Shown in pieces: positions 8,285 to 18,207 of a DNA stretch of 64,000 nucleotides (position 1 is its first letter; every line of letters begins with the position of its first letter). Both the position numbers and the translations under genes were made by a program. The stretch spans positions 43,901-107,900 of the forward strand of contig CAXUDF010000001.1 in NCBI GenBank assembly GCA_964249695.1. The letters run 5' to 3'. The notes beneath the pieces were generated by a model, which saw nothing but the letters and a program-made list of their open reading frames with translations, made no database searches and had not been told where the DNA came from. This DNA is from an uncultured Acidobacteriaceae bacterium (GTDB lineage Bacteria > Acidobacteriota > Terriglobia > Terriglobales > Acidobacteriaceae).

Positions 8285-10399
8285 GTGGCGGAACAGCAGC
8301 GCGTCGTCGGCATCGATCTGGGCACTACCAACTCGCTCGTGGCGTACATGCAGGGCGAAACGCCGACGGTGATCCCGGGCGAGGATGGATCGCCGATTGT
8401 GCCGTCGGTGGTGGCGTTCGATGGGGACTCGGCGCAGGGCTTTGCGGTCGGCAATGCGGCGCGTGCGGTGTTGCTGACGCAGCCCGGCAATGCGGTGTAT
8501 TCCGTAAAGCGGCTGATGGGGCGCGACCTCGCCGATGTGGCACCGGAGCTGCGCCTATTTCCCTTCAAACTGGCGGAAGGTTTGCAACCCGGCGAGGTGT
8601 TGAAGCTGAGCGTCGGCGGGTTGACGCTGACCCCGCCGGAGGTTTCGGCCTACATCCTGCAGCAGCTGAAGCGGAATGCGGAGCGGTTTTTTGGCGCGCC
8701 GGTCACGCAGGCCGTGATCACGGTGCCGGCCTACTTCAACGACGCGCAGCGGCAGGCGACCAAGGATGCCGGCCGCATCGCCGGGCTGGAGGTGTTGCGG
8801 CTGGTGAACGAGCCGACTGCGGCGGCGCTCGCCTATGGGCTCGACAAGCTGCACGGCGGCACGGACGGCGTGATTGCCGTGTATGACTTCGGCGGCGGCA
8901 CCTTTGATGTTTCCGTTTTGAAGCTCCACGAGGGCATCTTTGAGGTAATTGCCACTGGCGGCGATACGCACCTGGGTGGGGACGATATCGACAACCTCCT
9001 GCTCGCGGTGGCGGTCGACGATATCAAGGGTGATCTTGGGATCGACATTTCCGGCAGCCCGGCCGTGATCCAGGCGCTGCGCAAGGCGGTCATCGAGGCG
9101 AAGATCGCGCTTTCGTCGGAGGCGACGGCTCGGATCCAGCTGGAGATCCCTGCGGGGGTGAGCGAAACGCAGATCCCCTCCCATTCGGCTACGCTTAGGG
9201 CGGATGACAACCAAAAAAGCGAATCCCGGCAATACCTGCGGGAGATCACGCGGGCTCAGTTTGAGCAGCTGATTGCCGGGGTCATTGAGCGAACGGCGGG
9301 GCCAGTGCGGCAGGCGCTCAAAGATGCGCAACTGACGCCTGAGGGCATCGACGAAGTGGTGATGGTGGGCGGCTCCACGCGCATTCCCGCAGTGCGGGCC
9401 CTGGTGACAAAGCTGTTCGACCTCGACGCGCGCGGAAAGAAGCTGCACACGGAGTTGAACCCGGATGAGGTGGTGGCGCTGGGTGCGGCGGTGCAGGCGC
9501 AGATCCTTTCCGGTGCCGGCAATCTGGCCACCGACGATCTGTTGCTGCTCGATGTGACACCGCTATCGTTGGGCATCGAGGCGCTGGGCGGCGTTGTGGC
9601 GAAGGTGATCCAGCGGAATTCGACGGTCCCGGCGAGCGCGACGGAGCACTTCACCACGGGCGTCGACGGCCAGACCAACGTGGCCATTCATGTGCTGCAG
9701 GGCGAGCGCGAGATGGCCAAGGACTGTCGCTCGCTGGCACGTTTCGACCTCAAAGGCATTCCGCCGATGGTCGCCGGGCTGCCGCGCATCGAGGTCAAGT
9801 TTTTAATCGATGCCAACGGCATCCTGCAGGTCAGCGCGCGCGAACAGCGCTCCGGGCAGGCGGCGGCGGTGGAGGTGAGACCGACCTATGGGCTTACCGA
9901 CGAGCAGGTGGAGGAGATGATCTTGGCGAGCTTTGACAACGCGGAACAGGATATCCACGAGCGCCAGGTGATTGAAGCGCGGAACGAGGGCCAGACGATC
10001 CTGGACGCCGTGGAAAAAGCCGAAAAGCAGTCAATCTGGCAGCAGCTCACCTCCGTCGAGCACGAAAACATCAAGGCTGCATCGCTGGAACTGAGCGCCT
10101 CGCTGAAGAGCGACGATCATCGGGTCATTCGGCAGGCAATCGAGCAGCTCGATAAATACACCCGCCGGTTGGCCGAGCTGATGATGGATACCGCGGTTAC
10201 GGGGGCGCTCGGCGGCAAAACGATGCAGGCTGCCGGTGAGGGGCTGGGCGAGGGTCTTGGCGAAGTTCCAAGTGCTCCCCACCCGTTTGCCCCGGCGCAG
10301 ATCACCGAGAGCGGCGCGCGTGAGTCGACGGCGCCGAGGGATGCCATCGTAGAGGCGGAGCAGGATCCGGGAACGCCGGGTGAGTCAAAGGAAGATTGA
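8285..10399 (+). CDS. hscA: Fe-S protein assembly chaperone HscA (Hsp70 family)
   Basis: [52 protein letters not shown]; close to iscU/hscB. Confidence 0.88.
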   Translation: MAEQQRVVGIDLGTTNSLVAYMQGETPTVIPGEDGSPIVPSVVAFDGDSAQGFAVGNAARAVLLTQPGNAVYSVKRLMGRDLADVAPELRLFPFKLAEGLQPGEVLKLSVGGLTLTPPEVSAYILQQLKRNAERFFGAPVTQAVITVPAYFNDAQRQATKDAGRIAGLEVLRLVNEPTAAALAYGLDKLHGGTDGVIAVYDFGGGTFDVSVLKLHEGIFEVIATGGDTHLGGDDIDNLLLAVAVDDIKGDLGIDISGSPAVIQALRKAVIEAKIALSSEATARIQLEIPAGVSETQIPSHSATLRADDNQKSESRQYLREITRAQFEQLIAGVIERTAGPVRQALKDAQLTPEGIDEVVMVGGSTRIPAVRALVTKLFDLDARGKKLHTELNPDEVVALGAAVQAQILSGAGNLATDDLLLLDVTPLSLGIEALGGVVAKVIQRNSTVPASATEHFTTGVDGQTNVAIHVLQGEREMAKDCRSLARFDLKGIPPMVAGLPRIEVKFLIDANGILQVSAREQRSGQAAAVEVRPTYGLTDEQVEEMILASFDNAEQDIHERQVIEARNEGQTILDAVEKAEKQSIWQQLTSVEHENIKAASLELSASLKSDDHRVIRQAIEQLDKYTRRLAELMMDTAVTGALGGKTMQAAGEGLGEGLGEVPSAPHPFAPAQITESGARESTAPRDAIVEAEQDPGTPGESKED
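9164..9220 (+). repeat. Degenerate GTCATCC-family repeat arm inserted in frame within hscA
   Basis: GAAACGCAGATCCCCTCCCATTCGGCTACGCTTAGGGCGGATGACAACCAAAAAAGC resembles the arms at 30116-30154 and 35076-35104. Confidence 0.7.
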
Positions 10400-10402
10400 G
10401 AT

Positions 10403-12667
10403 TTAATGCAGCAACCCGAAGACTGCCACCCCGCTCGGGGTACCGACAAAGACCATGCCGTTGCTGATGGCCGGCGTGATGAATTTGTTCCCCAGGCCGA
10501 AGGCGTCGCGGTTGTTGGGGGCCTGGTTGCTGTTGTAAAGCTCGTGGCTGAGGTTCGTGGCGTCGTAGGCATGGAGAACGGCGGCGCTCCCGGTTCCGCT
10601 TTCGAGCGCCCACACGATGCCGTTTGTTGTGCCGTTGGCGGACACTGCCGGTGTGGCGCCGGGGTAGCCGAAGGTGATGGCAGAGCGGCTTGCAGGCGCG
10701 GTGCTGAGCAGGGCGTTGGTGATGGGGTAGGCCTTGAGCGCATCGCCCACACCGGCGTAGAAGACCGTGTTGTTGAAGAACGCCGGCCCGGACCAGGCCC
10801 CGTTCGGCAGGGCGTTCGGCAAATCCTGATACAGGTTGCTGTTGTTCGAGGCACCGGCATTGAACTTGCCGAGATTGTCACGGTTGCCGACATAGATGTG
10901 GCCATCCTTGCCGGCGCCGACCAGCAGATGGCGCACGGTGCCGCTGCTATCGGTCTGGTCGGGCAGCAGCATGGCGCCGCCGGAGCCGAGATCGACATCG
11001 GCGTTGGACTCGGCGACGGTGTTGTAGGGTTCGAAGAAGTCGTTCACGGCCAAGCCGCTCCCGGTGCTTAGCTTCACGATGGCGTTGCCGAAATCGCCCT
11101 GGCTGGGGAAGCCATTGGGCGTGAAGCCGTTATCCAGCGTGCCGTTCGCGTCCAGCAGATAGATGTTGCCGGCCGCATCCGCACTCGGCCCGTAGCCGCT
11201 CATCCAGACCGAGCCATCGCTGCCATTGGGCGTCAGGTTCAGGAGGGCGGTCTGCTGCAAGGTCGCTTCGCTGTACCCCATTACCCAGCCCGTATAGGGT
11301 GCGATGTCGCAGTGGCTGGTCCAGGTAGTGTAGAGGGTGCCGTTCAGCAGGAGCAGGCCGGCCCGCTCGGCATATTGGGCAGGATCGAAGGGGACGATGC
11401 TATTTTGGCTGGCGGCACCGGTGCCGGGGTAGCTCCCGGTAATCTCGGTGGGGCTGCCCGCGAGTTCAGCACCGGTGGTGAGGTCGAGCGCGTGCAAGCG
11501 CTGGTGGTACGCGCCGCTCGCCTCCCGGCTCATGCCGACGACGAAGATCGCGCCATGCGGGCCGTGCGTCCGGTCGATCACGGGCGTCGCGGTGATGCCG
11601 ATTTCAGGGATGATCTGGTTGCAGTTGTGTGGATCGCTGGGGTTTTCGTTTGTGCCGAGCACAGAGGTCTTCCACTCCTGCGCACCGGTTGCGGCATCGA
11701 GCGCGTATACGCTGTCGTGTTCGGTAACGACATACAGGACGTTCGCGGTGCCGTTTCCGAGCTGCAAGCCGCCCACATACAGCGGCTGCGCGTCCACTTT
11801 TCCGTCAACCGGGTAAACCCCAAGCAGGCCGAAGGTGCTGCTGTTCACATTCTTGAGGGTGAGGAGAGTCTCCTGCGCGTTCAAGCCGGCGCGGGTGTTG
11901 TCGTAGTGGTAGGTGGTGATATCGATCCCTGTCGGCTTGGGCGGTGCGGCGGCGATGACGGCGAGCGCCAGGTTGGCCGCATGCGTCAGGGTGCCCGCCG
12001 TGCCGGTAAAGGAGAGGGTGGCCGAGCCGGCCGCAGCCGAGGCCGCTGCAAGCAGGCTTACCGTTTGGGGCGTTCCCGGCGTGAGCGTGAGCGAGGCTGG
12101 GGAAGCAGTAACGCCGGAGGGCAGGCCGGTCAGTGTGACGCTGACCGTGCCGGCAAAGCCGTTGGCCGGCGTGGCGAGCACGGCAATCTGCGCGCCCGTT
12201 CCGCCGCCGGTGAGTGTCTGGCTTGAAGGCGTGACGCTGAGGCTGAAGTCTGCGGGCGGCGGTGGCGCGGCGGTGACGGTCAAAGCCGTAGTGGCGTTAT
12301 GGGAAAGAGTGCCTGCAGTTCCTGTGAGGGTCAGCGTCGCGGTGGCCGCTGGGGCGGTGTTGAGAGCCGTGAGCGTTAGGGTTTGCGGCGTGCCGGGTAC
12401 CAGCGCAAGCGTGGACGGCGCGGCGGAAACGCCGGCCGGCAGCCCTGCCAGGGCGGCGGTGATCGTGCCTTGAAAGCCATTCAGGCTCGTCATCGTAACG
12501 GTGAGCGTCGCCGTCGTGCCGGCGCCGAGAGACAGGGTGGCCGGGGTCAGGCTGAGATTGAAGTCGGGCGGAAGGCCCGGGGATGCTGTGGAACTGTTGC
12601 TGCAACCGATGGGCACGAGAACAAGGGCGAACATCAGAAATGACAGCAAAGCAGATCGAAAACGCAT
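10403..12667 (-). CDS. Lipoprotein with Ig-like repeats and PQQ-like beta-propeller domain
   Basis: MRFRSALLSFLMFALVLVPIGC lipobox; two DFxLSxTP repeats; TTYHYDNTRAGLN, VDAQPLY, IGITATPVID, DLGSGG, KFITPAI. Confidence 0.8.
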   Translation of the reverse strand: MRFRSALLSFLMFALVLVPIGCSNSSTASPGLPPDFNLSLTPATLSLGAGTTATLTVTMTSLNGFQGTITAALAGLPAGVSAAPSTLALVPGTPQTLTLTALNTAPAATATLTLTGTAGTLSHNATTALTVTAAPPPPADFSLSVTPSSQTLTGGGTGAQIAVLATPANGFAGTVSVTLTGLPSGVTASPASLTLTPGTPQTVSLLAAASAAAGSATLSFTGTAGTLTHAANLALAVIAAAPPKPTGIDITTYHYDNTRAGLNAQETLLTLKNVNSSTFGLLGVYPVDGKVDAQPLYVGGLQLGNGTANVLYVVTEHDSVYALDAATGAQEWKTSVLGTNENPSDPHNCNQIIPEIGITATPVIDRTHGPHGAIFVVGMSREASGAYHQRLHALDLTTGAELAGSPTEITGSYPGTGAASQNSIVPFDPAQYAERAGLLLLNGTLYTTWTSHCDIAPYTGWVMGYSEATLQQTALLNLTPNGSDGSVWMSGYGPSADAAGNIYLLDANGTLDNGFTPNGFPSQGDFGNAIVKLSTGSGLAVNDFFEPYNTVAESNADVDLGSGGAMLLPDQTDSSGTVRHLLVGAGKDGHIYVGNRDNLGKFNAGASNNSNLYQDLPNALPNGAWSGPAFFNNTVFYAGVGDALKAYPITNALLSTAPASRSAITFGYPGATPAVSANGTTNGIVWALESGTGSAAVLHAYDATNLSHELYNSNQAPNNRDAFGLGNKFITPAISNGMVFVGTPSGVAVFGLLH

Positions 12668-12917
12668 GCGGAGCCTCCGGCCGCAGGGAAGCATGCAGCC
12701 GTACTGTCCAGTATGCAGCAGCGATGCCCCTTTCGCGGTATGACTGCCGCGCGACAGGTACAACTTCCTGGTCATGTTCCTAATCATGGAATCAGGGATC
12801 ATGTCCAGAAAACGGACGGGGTGCCGTGCGGCAAAGGTCTGCACGGCTCCCTGCCTCTTGCAGGCCGGGACGATAGTATGCTGAGGCGAGCGGGAACAGG
12901 CTCGCTGACTGAGATTG

Positions 12918-14030
12918 ATGGACGTAACGCACATCCCGCAACTGCTCGACTTTGCTGAAGCCTCGCTGGACGCCGCTTTCGCCGCGGTGCTCGCCGAGGC
13001 TCGTGCTTCGATGGCCGCCGCGGTCGAACCGGAAGTGTTTCGTTTGGAATGGCTGGGCCGCAAGCAGGGTCGTCTGAAAGCCATCGCCGATGCATGGTTG
13101 AAAGCGGCTCCAGCCGATGCGAAGCGGCTGATCGGGCAGCGTTTTAACGCGCTCAAGGAGGAGATCGAGGCGCTGGTCGCCGAAGCGGCCAAGCCGGAGA
13201 CTGCACGCCCAGCAACAGGCACGGTGCTCGACGTATCTCTGCCCGGCACCGCGCCCCGGATTGGTGCCGAGCACCCGTTGATCCGCACGATGGCTGGGAT
13301 TGTTGCGGTCTTTGAGCGCCTCGGCTACTCGGTCGCGCTGGGGCCGGAGGTGGAATCGGACTTTTATAACTTCGAGTCACTGAATTTTCCACCCAACCAT
13401 CCGGCGCGCGATACCCAGGACACCCTCGTGGTTGCCGGGCAGGAAGCAAAACCTTCGCGCGACCGTCTCTTGATGCGCACCCACACATCGCCGGTACAGA
13501 TTCGCTCCATGCTGGCCCAGGCTCCGCCCCTGCGCGTGGTCATTCCCGGCAAGGTGCACCGCAACGATGCTGCCGACGCGACGCACTCGCCCGTCTTTCA
13601 TCAGGTCGAAGGCTTGTGCGTGGATACAAACATTACCTTCTCCGACCTGAAAGGAACGCTCGACCATGCGATGAAGGCGCTCTTCGGCTCGGCGGTGAAG
13701 ACGCGGTTTTTTCCCTCCTTCTTTCCGTTTACGGAGCCCAGCGCCGATGTGCAGATCTCCTGCCCCTTTTGTGCGGGACGGGGCTGCCGCAAGTGCAAGC
13801 ACTCCGGCTGGATCGAGCTATTAGGTTGCGGCATGGTCGATCCGCATGTGTTTGCGGCGGTCGATCGGCAACGAATCGCGCTCGGCCGCGAGCCGATGTA
13901 CGACACACGCCGCATCGCCGGCTTCGCGTTCGGCATGGGCGTCGACCGGATTGCGATGATGCAGTACGGCATCGCCGATATCGGCCTGCTGTATGGAGGC
14001 GATGTACGGTTTCTGGAGCAGTTTGCGTAA
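12918..14030 (+). CDS. pheS: Phenylalanine--tRNA ligase alpha subunit
   Basis: HPARDTQDT, MRTHTSPVQ, FPFTEPS, WIELLGCG, GFAFGMGVDR. Confidence 0.97.
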   Translation: MDVTHIPQLLDFAEASLDAAFAAVLAEARASMAAAVEPEVFRLEWLGRKQGRLKAIADAWLKAAPADAKRLIGQRFNALKEEIEALVAEAAKPETARPATGTVLDVSLPGTAPRIGAEHPLIRTMAGIVAVFERLGYSVALGPEVESDFYNFESLNFPPNHPARDTQDTLVVAGQEAKPSRDRLLMRTHTSPVQIRSMLAQAPPLRVVIPGKVHRNDAADATHSPVFHQVEGLCVDTNITFSDLKGTLDHAMKALFGSAVKTRFFPSFFPFTEPSADVQISCPFCAGRGCRKCKHSGWIELLGCGMVDPHVFAAVDRQRIALGREPMYDTRRIAGFAFGMGVDRIAMMQYGIADIGLLYGGDVRFLEQFA

Positions 14031-14039
14031 TTGACGAGA

Positions 14040-14074
14040 TTAGCAAAGTTATCATCATTTGATAATTTAGCTAA
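14040..14074. promoter_or_regulatory. AT-rich imperfect inverted repeat (putative operator) upstream of AAA ATPase
   Basis: TTAGCAAAGTTATCA-tcatt-TGATAATTTAGCTAA, 13 of 15 positions complementary; TTGACG at 14031. Confidence 0.5.
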
Positions 14075-14093
14075 TTTTGTTATAAATATCTCC

Positions 14094-15287
14094 ATGAACC
14101 GGCTTGAGAACCCATACGCTCCCGGGGCTGGGGCTTCCCCGCCAGACCTCGTCGGCCGTGACGCCTTGCGCAAAGAGGTCACCCTTTCGGTTGGGCGCTT
14201 GCGGTTGGGCCGTAGTGCAAAAAGCACGCTGCTGGTGGGGTTACGCGGGGTCGGCAAAACGGTGCTGCTGGAGCAGATGCGCCAGGATGTGGAGAATGAG
14301 GGCATCATCACGGTCCATGCCGAAACGCCGGAGCGACGGTCACTACCGGCACTGCTTGCTCCGCAACTACGGTCCGCTCTGCTCAAGCTGTCGCGTTCGG
14401 AAGCCGCGAAGTCCTTTGCGCAGCGAGGCTTGAGCGCCCTGTCGGGCTTTGCCCGGGGTCTCAAAGTGAAGTACCACGACCTGGAACTGAGTTACGACGT
14501 GGAACCGACGCCGGGCGAGGCGGATAGCGGCAATCTCGAGGTGGACCTTACCGCCCTGATGGAGCGGGTGGGCGAGGCGGCGAAAGCTGCCGCCACGGCA
14601 GTCATCCTGTTTATCGACGAGATCCAGTATTTGGAGGAGGTGCAGTTTGCTGCGCTCATCTCCGCCCTGCACCGGTGCACGCAGCGCAAACTTCCCATTG
14701 GGATCGTCGGTGCGGGGCTGCCGCAACTGCGCGCGCTGGCGGGCAATGCGAAATCCTATGCGGAACGGATGTTCGACTTTTCGCCCATCGGCCCGCTACC
14801 GGCAGCCGAGGCGGAGGAAGCGATTCGCAAGCCGGCGGCGGAGGAAGGCGCGGCGTATACCGACGAGGCCATGGCGGAGATACTCGCTCGCACGCAGGGG
14901 TATCCATATTTTCTGCAGGAATGGGGAAAGCACTCCTGGGACGTGGCCGCGCGGTCGCCGATCACGTATGAGGATGTCCTGATTGCCTCGGAGGCCGCCA
15001 TTGCGGCGCTCGATGACAGCTTTTTTCTGGTCCGTTTCGATCGGGTGACCCCGGCGGAGCGGCGGTATCTACGCGCCATGGCAGAACTTGGTTCCGGACC
15101 GCACCGTTCGGGAGACATCGCCAATGTTGTGGGCAAGAAGGTGAGTGCCCTGGGACCGTTGCGCGAACGAATGATCGCCAAAGGCATGATCTGGAGCCCG
15201 AGCCATGGCGATACGGCCTTCACGGTGCCGCTTTTTGACGCATTTATGAAGCGCATCATGCCGGGCGAGGAGTGGAGAGAAGAATGA
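14094..15287 (+). CDS. AAA-family P-loop ATPase (AAA_16/ATPase_2-like) with probable C-terminal winged helix
   Basis: ENPYAPGAG N-terminus, Walker A GLRGVGKT, Walker B LFIDEIQ, GYPYFLQ. Confidence 0.85.
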   Translation: MNRLENPYAPGAGASPPDLVGRDALRKEVTLSVGRLRLGRSAKSTLLVGLRGVGKTVLLEQMRQDVENEGIITVHAETPERRSLPALLAPQLRSALLKLSRSEAAKSFAQRGLSALSGFARGLKVKYHDLELSYDVEPTPGEADSGNLEVDLTALMERVGEAAKAAATAVILFIDEIQYLEEVQFAALISALHRCTQRKLPIGIVGAGLPQLRALAGNAKSYAERMFDFSPIGPLPAAEAEEAIRKPAAEEGAAYTDEAMAEILARTQGYPYFLQEWGKHSWDVAARSPITYEDVLIASEAAIAALDDSFFLVRFDRVTPAERRYLRAMAELGSGPHRSGDIANVVGKKVSALGPLRERMIAKGMIWSPSHGDTAFTVPLFDAFMKRIMPGEEWREE

Positions 15288-17008
15288 GAAGGCTTCTGCG
15301 GATTTGTCTGGCAGCCCTGCTCGCCGGCAGCACCGTTGCGGCGGCGCAGCACCCACGCGACGCTGAGATTGAGGGGCCGGACACGCTGGCCTGGTGGCAC
15401 ACGACCGAGGCACTCTCCGGCGATGCCATGCAGGGCCGCGACACGGGGACGGCAGCCTATCAGCAGGCGGCGGACTACGTGGCCAAGCGCTTTGCCGCGG
15501 CCGGGTTGCAGCCCGCCGGCGAGGGTGGCAGCTTCTTTCAGACCGTGCCCATGCACGAAGTCGACCTCACGCCGGAAGGCACCAGCTTCACGGTCGTGCG
15601 CGGGAACAGCCAGCGAATGGCGTTGAAGTTTTTGTATGAGATCACGGCAATGCCCGCACGCGCGGCGGCAATGCAGGCCGGCGGTGCGCTGGTCTTTCGC
15701 GGCTACTGCGGCAGCGAGGCCATGCAAGGGGTTGCCGGGAAGATGGTCGTCTGTTTCGGCACGCAGCGCCATGGGTTGCCGAGCGCGGGTGAGCGCCTGG
15801 CGAACGCCCGCAAAGGCGGCGCACGCGGCGTTCTTACCGTGGATGACCCATACTTCACCATCGAGCCGCCGCGCTGGCCCTACGCCTACGCGCGCAGCGT
15901 GACGCTGCGTGAGCCGCAGAACGGGCCGAACGCCATTGCGACCCAGGTGACCCAGGCAGCGCGGGGTTCCGTGGCGCAGGGTTCCGTGGCGCAGGGTCCG
16001 TTGGCGACAGACATGCTGCCGCCCATGCGCCTCAGCGCGGCGGCTTTTGTGAAGATGCTCGAAGGCTCGGGGCAGGATGCGCAGGCGATCTTGAGGACGG
16101 GCGGCGCTCAACAGCCGTTGGCCAGCTTCGATCTTCCTGACCGACTTGAAGCCAAATTTCATACAACGGAAAAGGACATCGCCTCGCCCAACGTCGTGGC
16201 CGTGCTGCCCGGCGCCGACCGCGCGTTGCGCGACCAGTATGTGGTGGTCGCGGCGCATCTGGACGGGTACGGCTTCGGCACGCCGGTGCTTGGCGACAAC
16301 CTGTACAACGGCGCGCTAGACGACGCGGCCTATGTCGCCCTGCTCATTCAGATGGCGGACGATCTCCGGGACGGCAAAGCCTTCCAACCCGACGCGAGTC
16401 CGAAGCCGAGGCGGGACCAATTCGCTGGACCGTTGCCGGGGCAGCAGCAGGTGACCGGAGTAGCGCTCGCTCCCCCCAAGCGATCCATCCTGTTCTGTGC
16501 GTTCACCGGGGAAGAAAAGGGCCTGCTCGGCTCCACCTGGTTTGTCGAGCACCCTACCGTTCCCTTGGCGCAGCTGGCGGCGGACATCAATCTGGATCAA
16601 CTGCGGCCCCTGTTTCCGCTGAAGATCCTGACGGCGATCGCCATTCACGATACGACCCTGGGCGCGACCGCGACGGCGGTCGGGGCGGGGGAAGGGATCG
16701 AGCTGCGCGAAGATCGCGAGCCGGAACGCGGTCTGCTGCGCCGCGCCGATCACTTTCCGTTTCTACGGGCGGGTGTGCCGGCCATCGGGTTTGTCTTCGG
16801 CTTCGATCCCGGCACGGACGCGGAAACACGCTACCGGCACTGGTACGAGGTGCAATACCATCGTCCGCAGGACGATCTGACCCAGCCGATCGACTTCACG
16901 GCGGCTGGGCGCTTCAATGTGTTCTTCTATCGGCTGGTGGAAACGGTAGCGGATGACCCGGAGCGCCCGCGCATGCTGCCCGGCAGTGGGTTTGCGAAAG
17001 CGCCGTAG
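15284..17008 (+). CDS. Secreted M28 family metallopeptidase with PA domain
   Basis: Signal peptide; AHLDG, NGALDDA, FTGEEKGLLGS, INLD, RADHFPF, YHRPQDD; ATGA overlap with the ATPase stop. Confidence 0.88.
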   Translation: MRRLLRICLAALLAGSTVAAAQHPRDAEIEGPDTLAWWHTTEALSGDAMQGRDTGTAAYQQAADYVAKRFAAAGLQPAGEGGSFFQTVPMHEVDLTPEGTSFTVVRGNSQRMALKFLYEITAMPARAAAMQAGGALVFRGYCGSEAMQGVAGKMVVCFGTQRHGLPSAGERLANARKGGARGVLTVDDPYFTIEPPRWPYAYARSVTLREPQNGPNAIATQVTQAARGSVAQGSVAQGPLATDMLPPMRLSAAAFVKMLEGSGQDAQAILRTGGAQQPLASFDLPDRLEAKFHTTEKDIASPNVVAVLPGADRALRDQYVVVAAHLDGYGFGTPVLGDNLYNGALDDAAYVALLIQMADDLRDGKAFQPDASPKPRRDQFAGPLPGQQQVTGVALAPPKRSILFCAFTGEEKGLLGSTWFVEHPTVPLAQLAADINLDQLRPLFPLKILTAIAIHDTTLGATATAVGAGEGIELREDREPERGLLRRADHFPFLRAGVPAIGFVFGFDPGTDAETRYRHWYEVQYHRPQDDLTQPIDFTAAGRFNVFFYRLVETVADDPERPRMLPGSGFAKAP

Positions 17009-17039
17009 CGCTTTGTTTGTAATTACGCCTCTACCTGCC

Positions 17040-17133
17040 GTCATCCTGAGCGAAGCGAAGGATGACGGTGTTCCTCGATGTGCCGGAACGAGCTTGGCAG
17101 ACTACAGAGGTCCTTCGCTTCGCTCAGGATGAC
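17040..17133. repeat. REP-like palindromic doublet, GTCATCC family
   Basis: GTCATCCTGAGCGAAGCGAAGGAT ... GTCCTTCGCTTCGCTCAGGATGAC. Confidence 0.88.
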
Positions 17134-17174
17134 AACTCAAGCCCTGTCCTTTGAGCGTTCTTCACCGTTACCGC

Positions 17175-18179
17175 ATGAGCACCGCCTTCCATCCCGATCA
17201 TCTACCCCGGCGCATCATCCTGAGTCGCAAGGGCGCGGACGCGACGTGGGGTGGGCGGCCCAGCCTGCGGGTGGGCGACGAGCTCATCAGCCTGCCGATC
17301 CCGGAAAGCGCCTCGCGCGCAGCGGCGGCTGCAATCGCCGGGGTGGGTGTGCGCTACCGCGATCTGCCGCCGCACCCCCGCGTGGGCGCGCTACACACGC
17401 ACCTGCGAGGCATTGACGCGGACCACTATGTCCATCTTGACCCCGACCTGCGCCCCGCCCTGCGTCCAGAGCTGCGCCCAAACCCGCGTCCAGAGCTGCT
17501 TCACAAATCGACGCCGCTCGACCGGCAGACCGCCCGCGTCGAGGGCCTCTTTGGCCAGGTGGGCGCGGCGGAGCGGCATTTGCGCAACCAGGCAGTTGGG
17601 CCTGGGGACCTGTTTCTCTTTTTCGGCTGGTTCCGCGAATCCGAACTGTGCAACGACAAGCAGCGCGAAGCCAAATGGCAGCGCATCGGACCCGACGAGC
17701 ACTGCCTGTGGGGCTGGCTGCAGATTGAAGAAAGCTATCCGGTGACGAGCGCGGCGGCCGCAGCGGCGCTGCCCTGGGCGGCGCACCATCCGCACGTGGC
17801 ACATTGGGACCGCTACGATCGCCACAACCGGCTGTACCGCGCTCGCGAACGGCTGAGCTTTGCGCCGGCCTTGCCTGGGGCTGGGGTGTTTCGCTGGCAC
17901 CCGGGGCTGACACTCACCGCGCGCTGCACGGATGATGCCCGCGCCGGGACCAGCGCCGGGGGCAGGCGCAGCGATTGGTGTTTGCCAAACTTTTTCCGGC
18001 GCACCGGACTTACATACAATCAGGTGGATGGCCCTCGCTGCCGGGAGGATAGTGGCCGGGTGCACCTCCGCTCCGCGCCCATCGGGCAGGAGTTCGTCCT
18101 CCCGGCGCACAGACCGTTCCGGCGCGGGGAGCGGACCGCAGTCGGTGCTTGGCTAGCCTCTGTGTTCAGCGGGGCATAA
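17175..18179 (+). CDS. Nucleotide modification associated domain 3 (Nmad3)-like protein
   Basis: IILSRKGxD, LISLPIPE, HLDPDL, FGQ..AA..HL, GDLFLFFGWFR, HPH and GQEFV motifs recalled as Nmad3. Confidence 0.72.
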   Translation: MSTAFHPDHLPRRIILSRKGADATWGGRPSLRVGDELISLPIPESASRAAAAAIAGVGVRYRDLPPHPRVGALHTHLRGIDADHYVHLDPDLRPALRPELRPNPRPELLHKSTPLDRQTARVEGLFGQVGAAERHLRNQAVGPGDLFLFFGWFRESELCNDKQREAKWQRIGPDEHCLWGWLQIEESYPVTSAAAAAALPWAAHHPHVAHWDRYDRHNRLYRARERLSFAPALPGAGVFRWHPGLTLTARCTDDARAGTSAGGRRSDWCLPNFFRRTGLTYNQVDGPRCREDSGRVHLRSAPIGQEFVLPAHRPFRRGERTAVGAWLASVFSGA

Positions 18180-18207
18180 CGGTGGGATGAAGTGTGGGGT
18201 TTGAGCT

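Noticed and set aside
12668-13288. N-terminal extension of the 961-aa ORF
   Set aside because: Overlaps pheS antisense; a lipoprotein signal and SD place the start at 12667.
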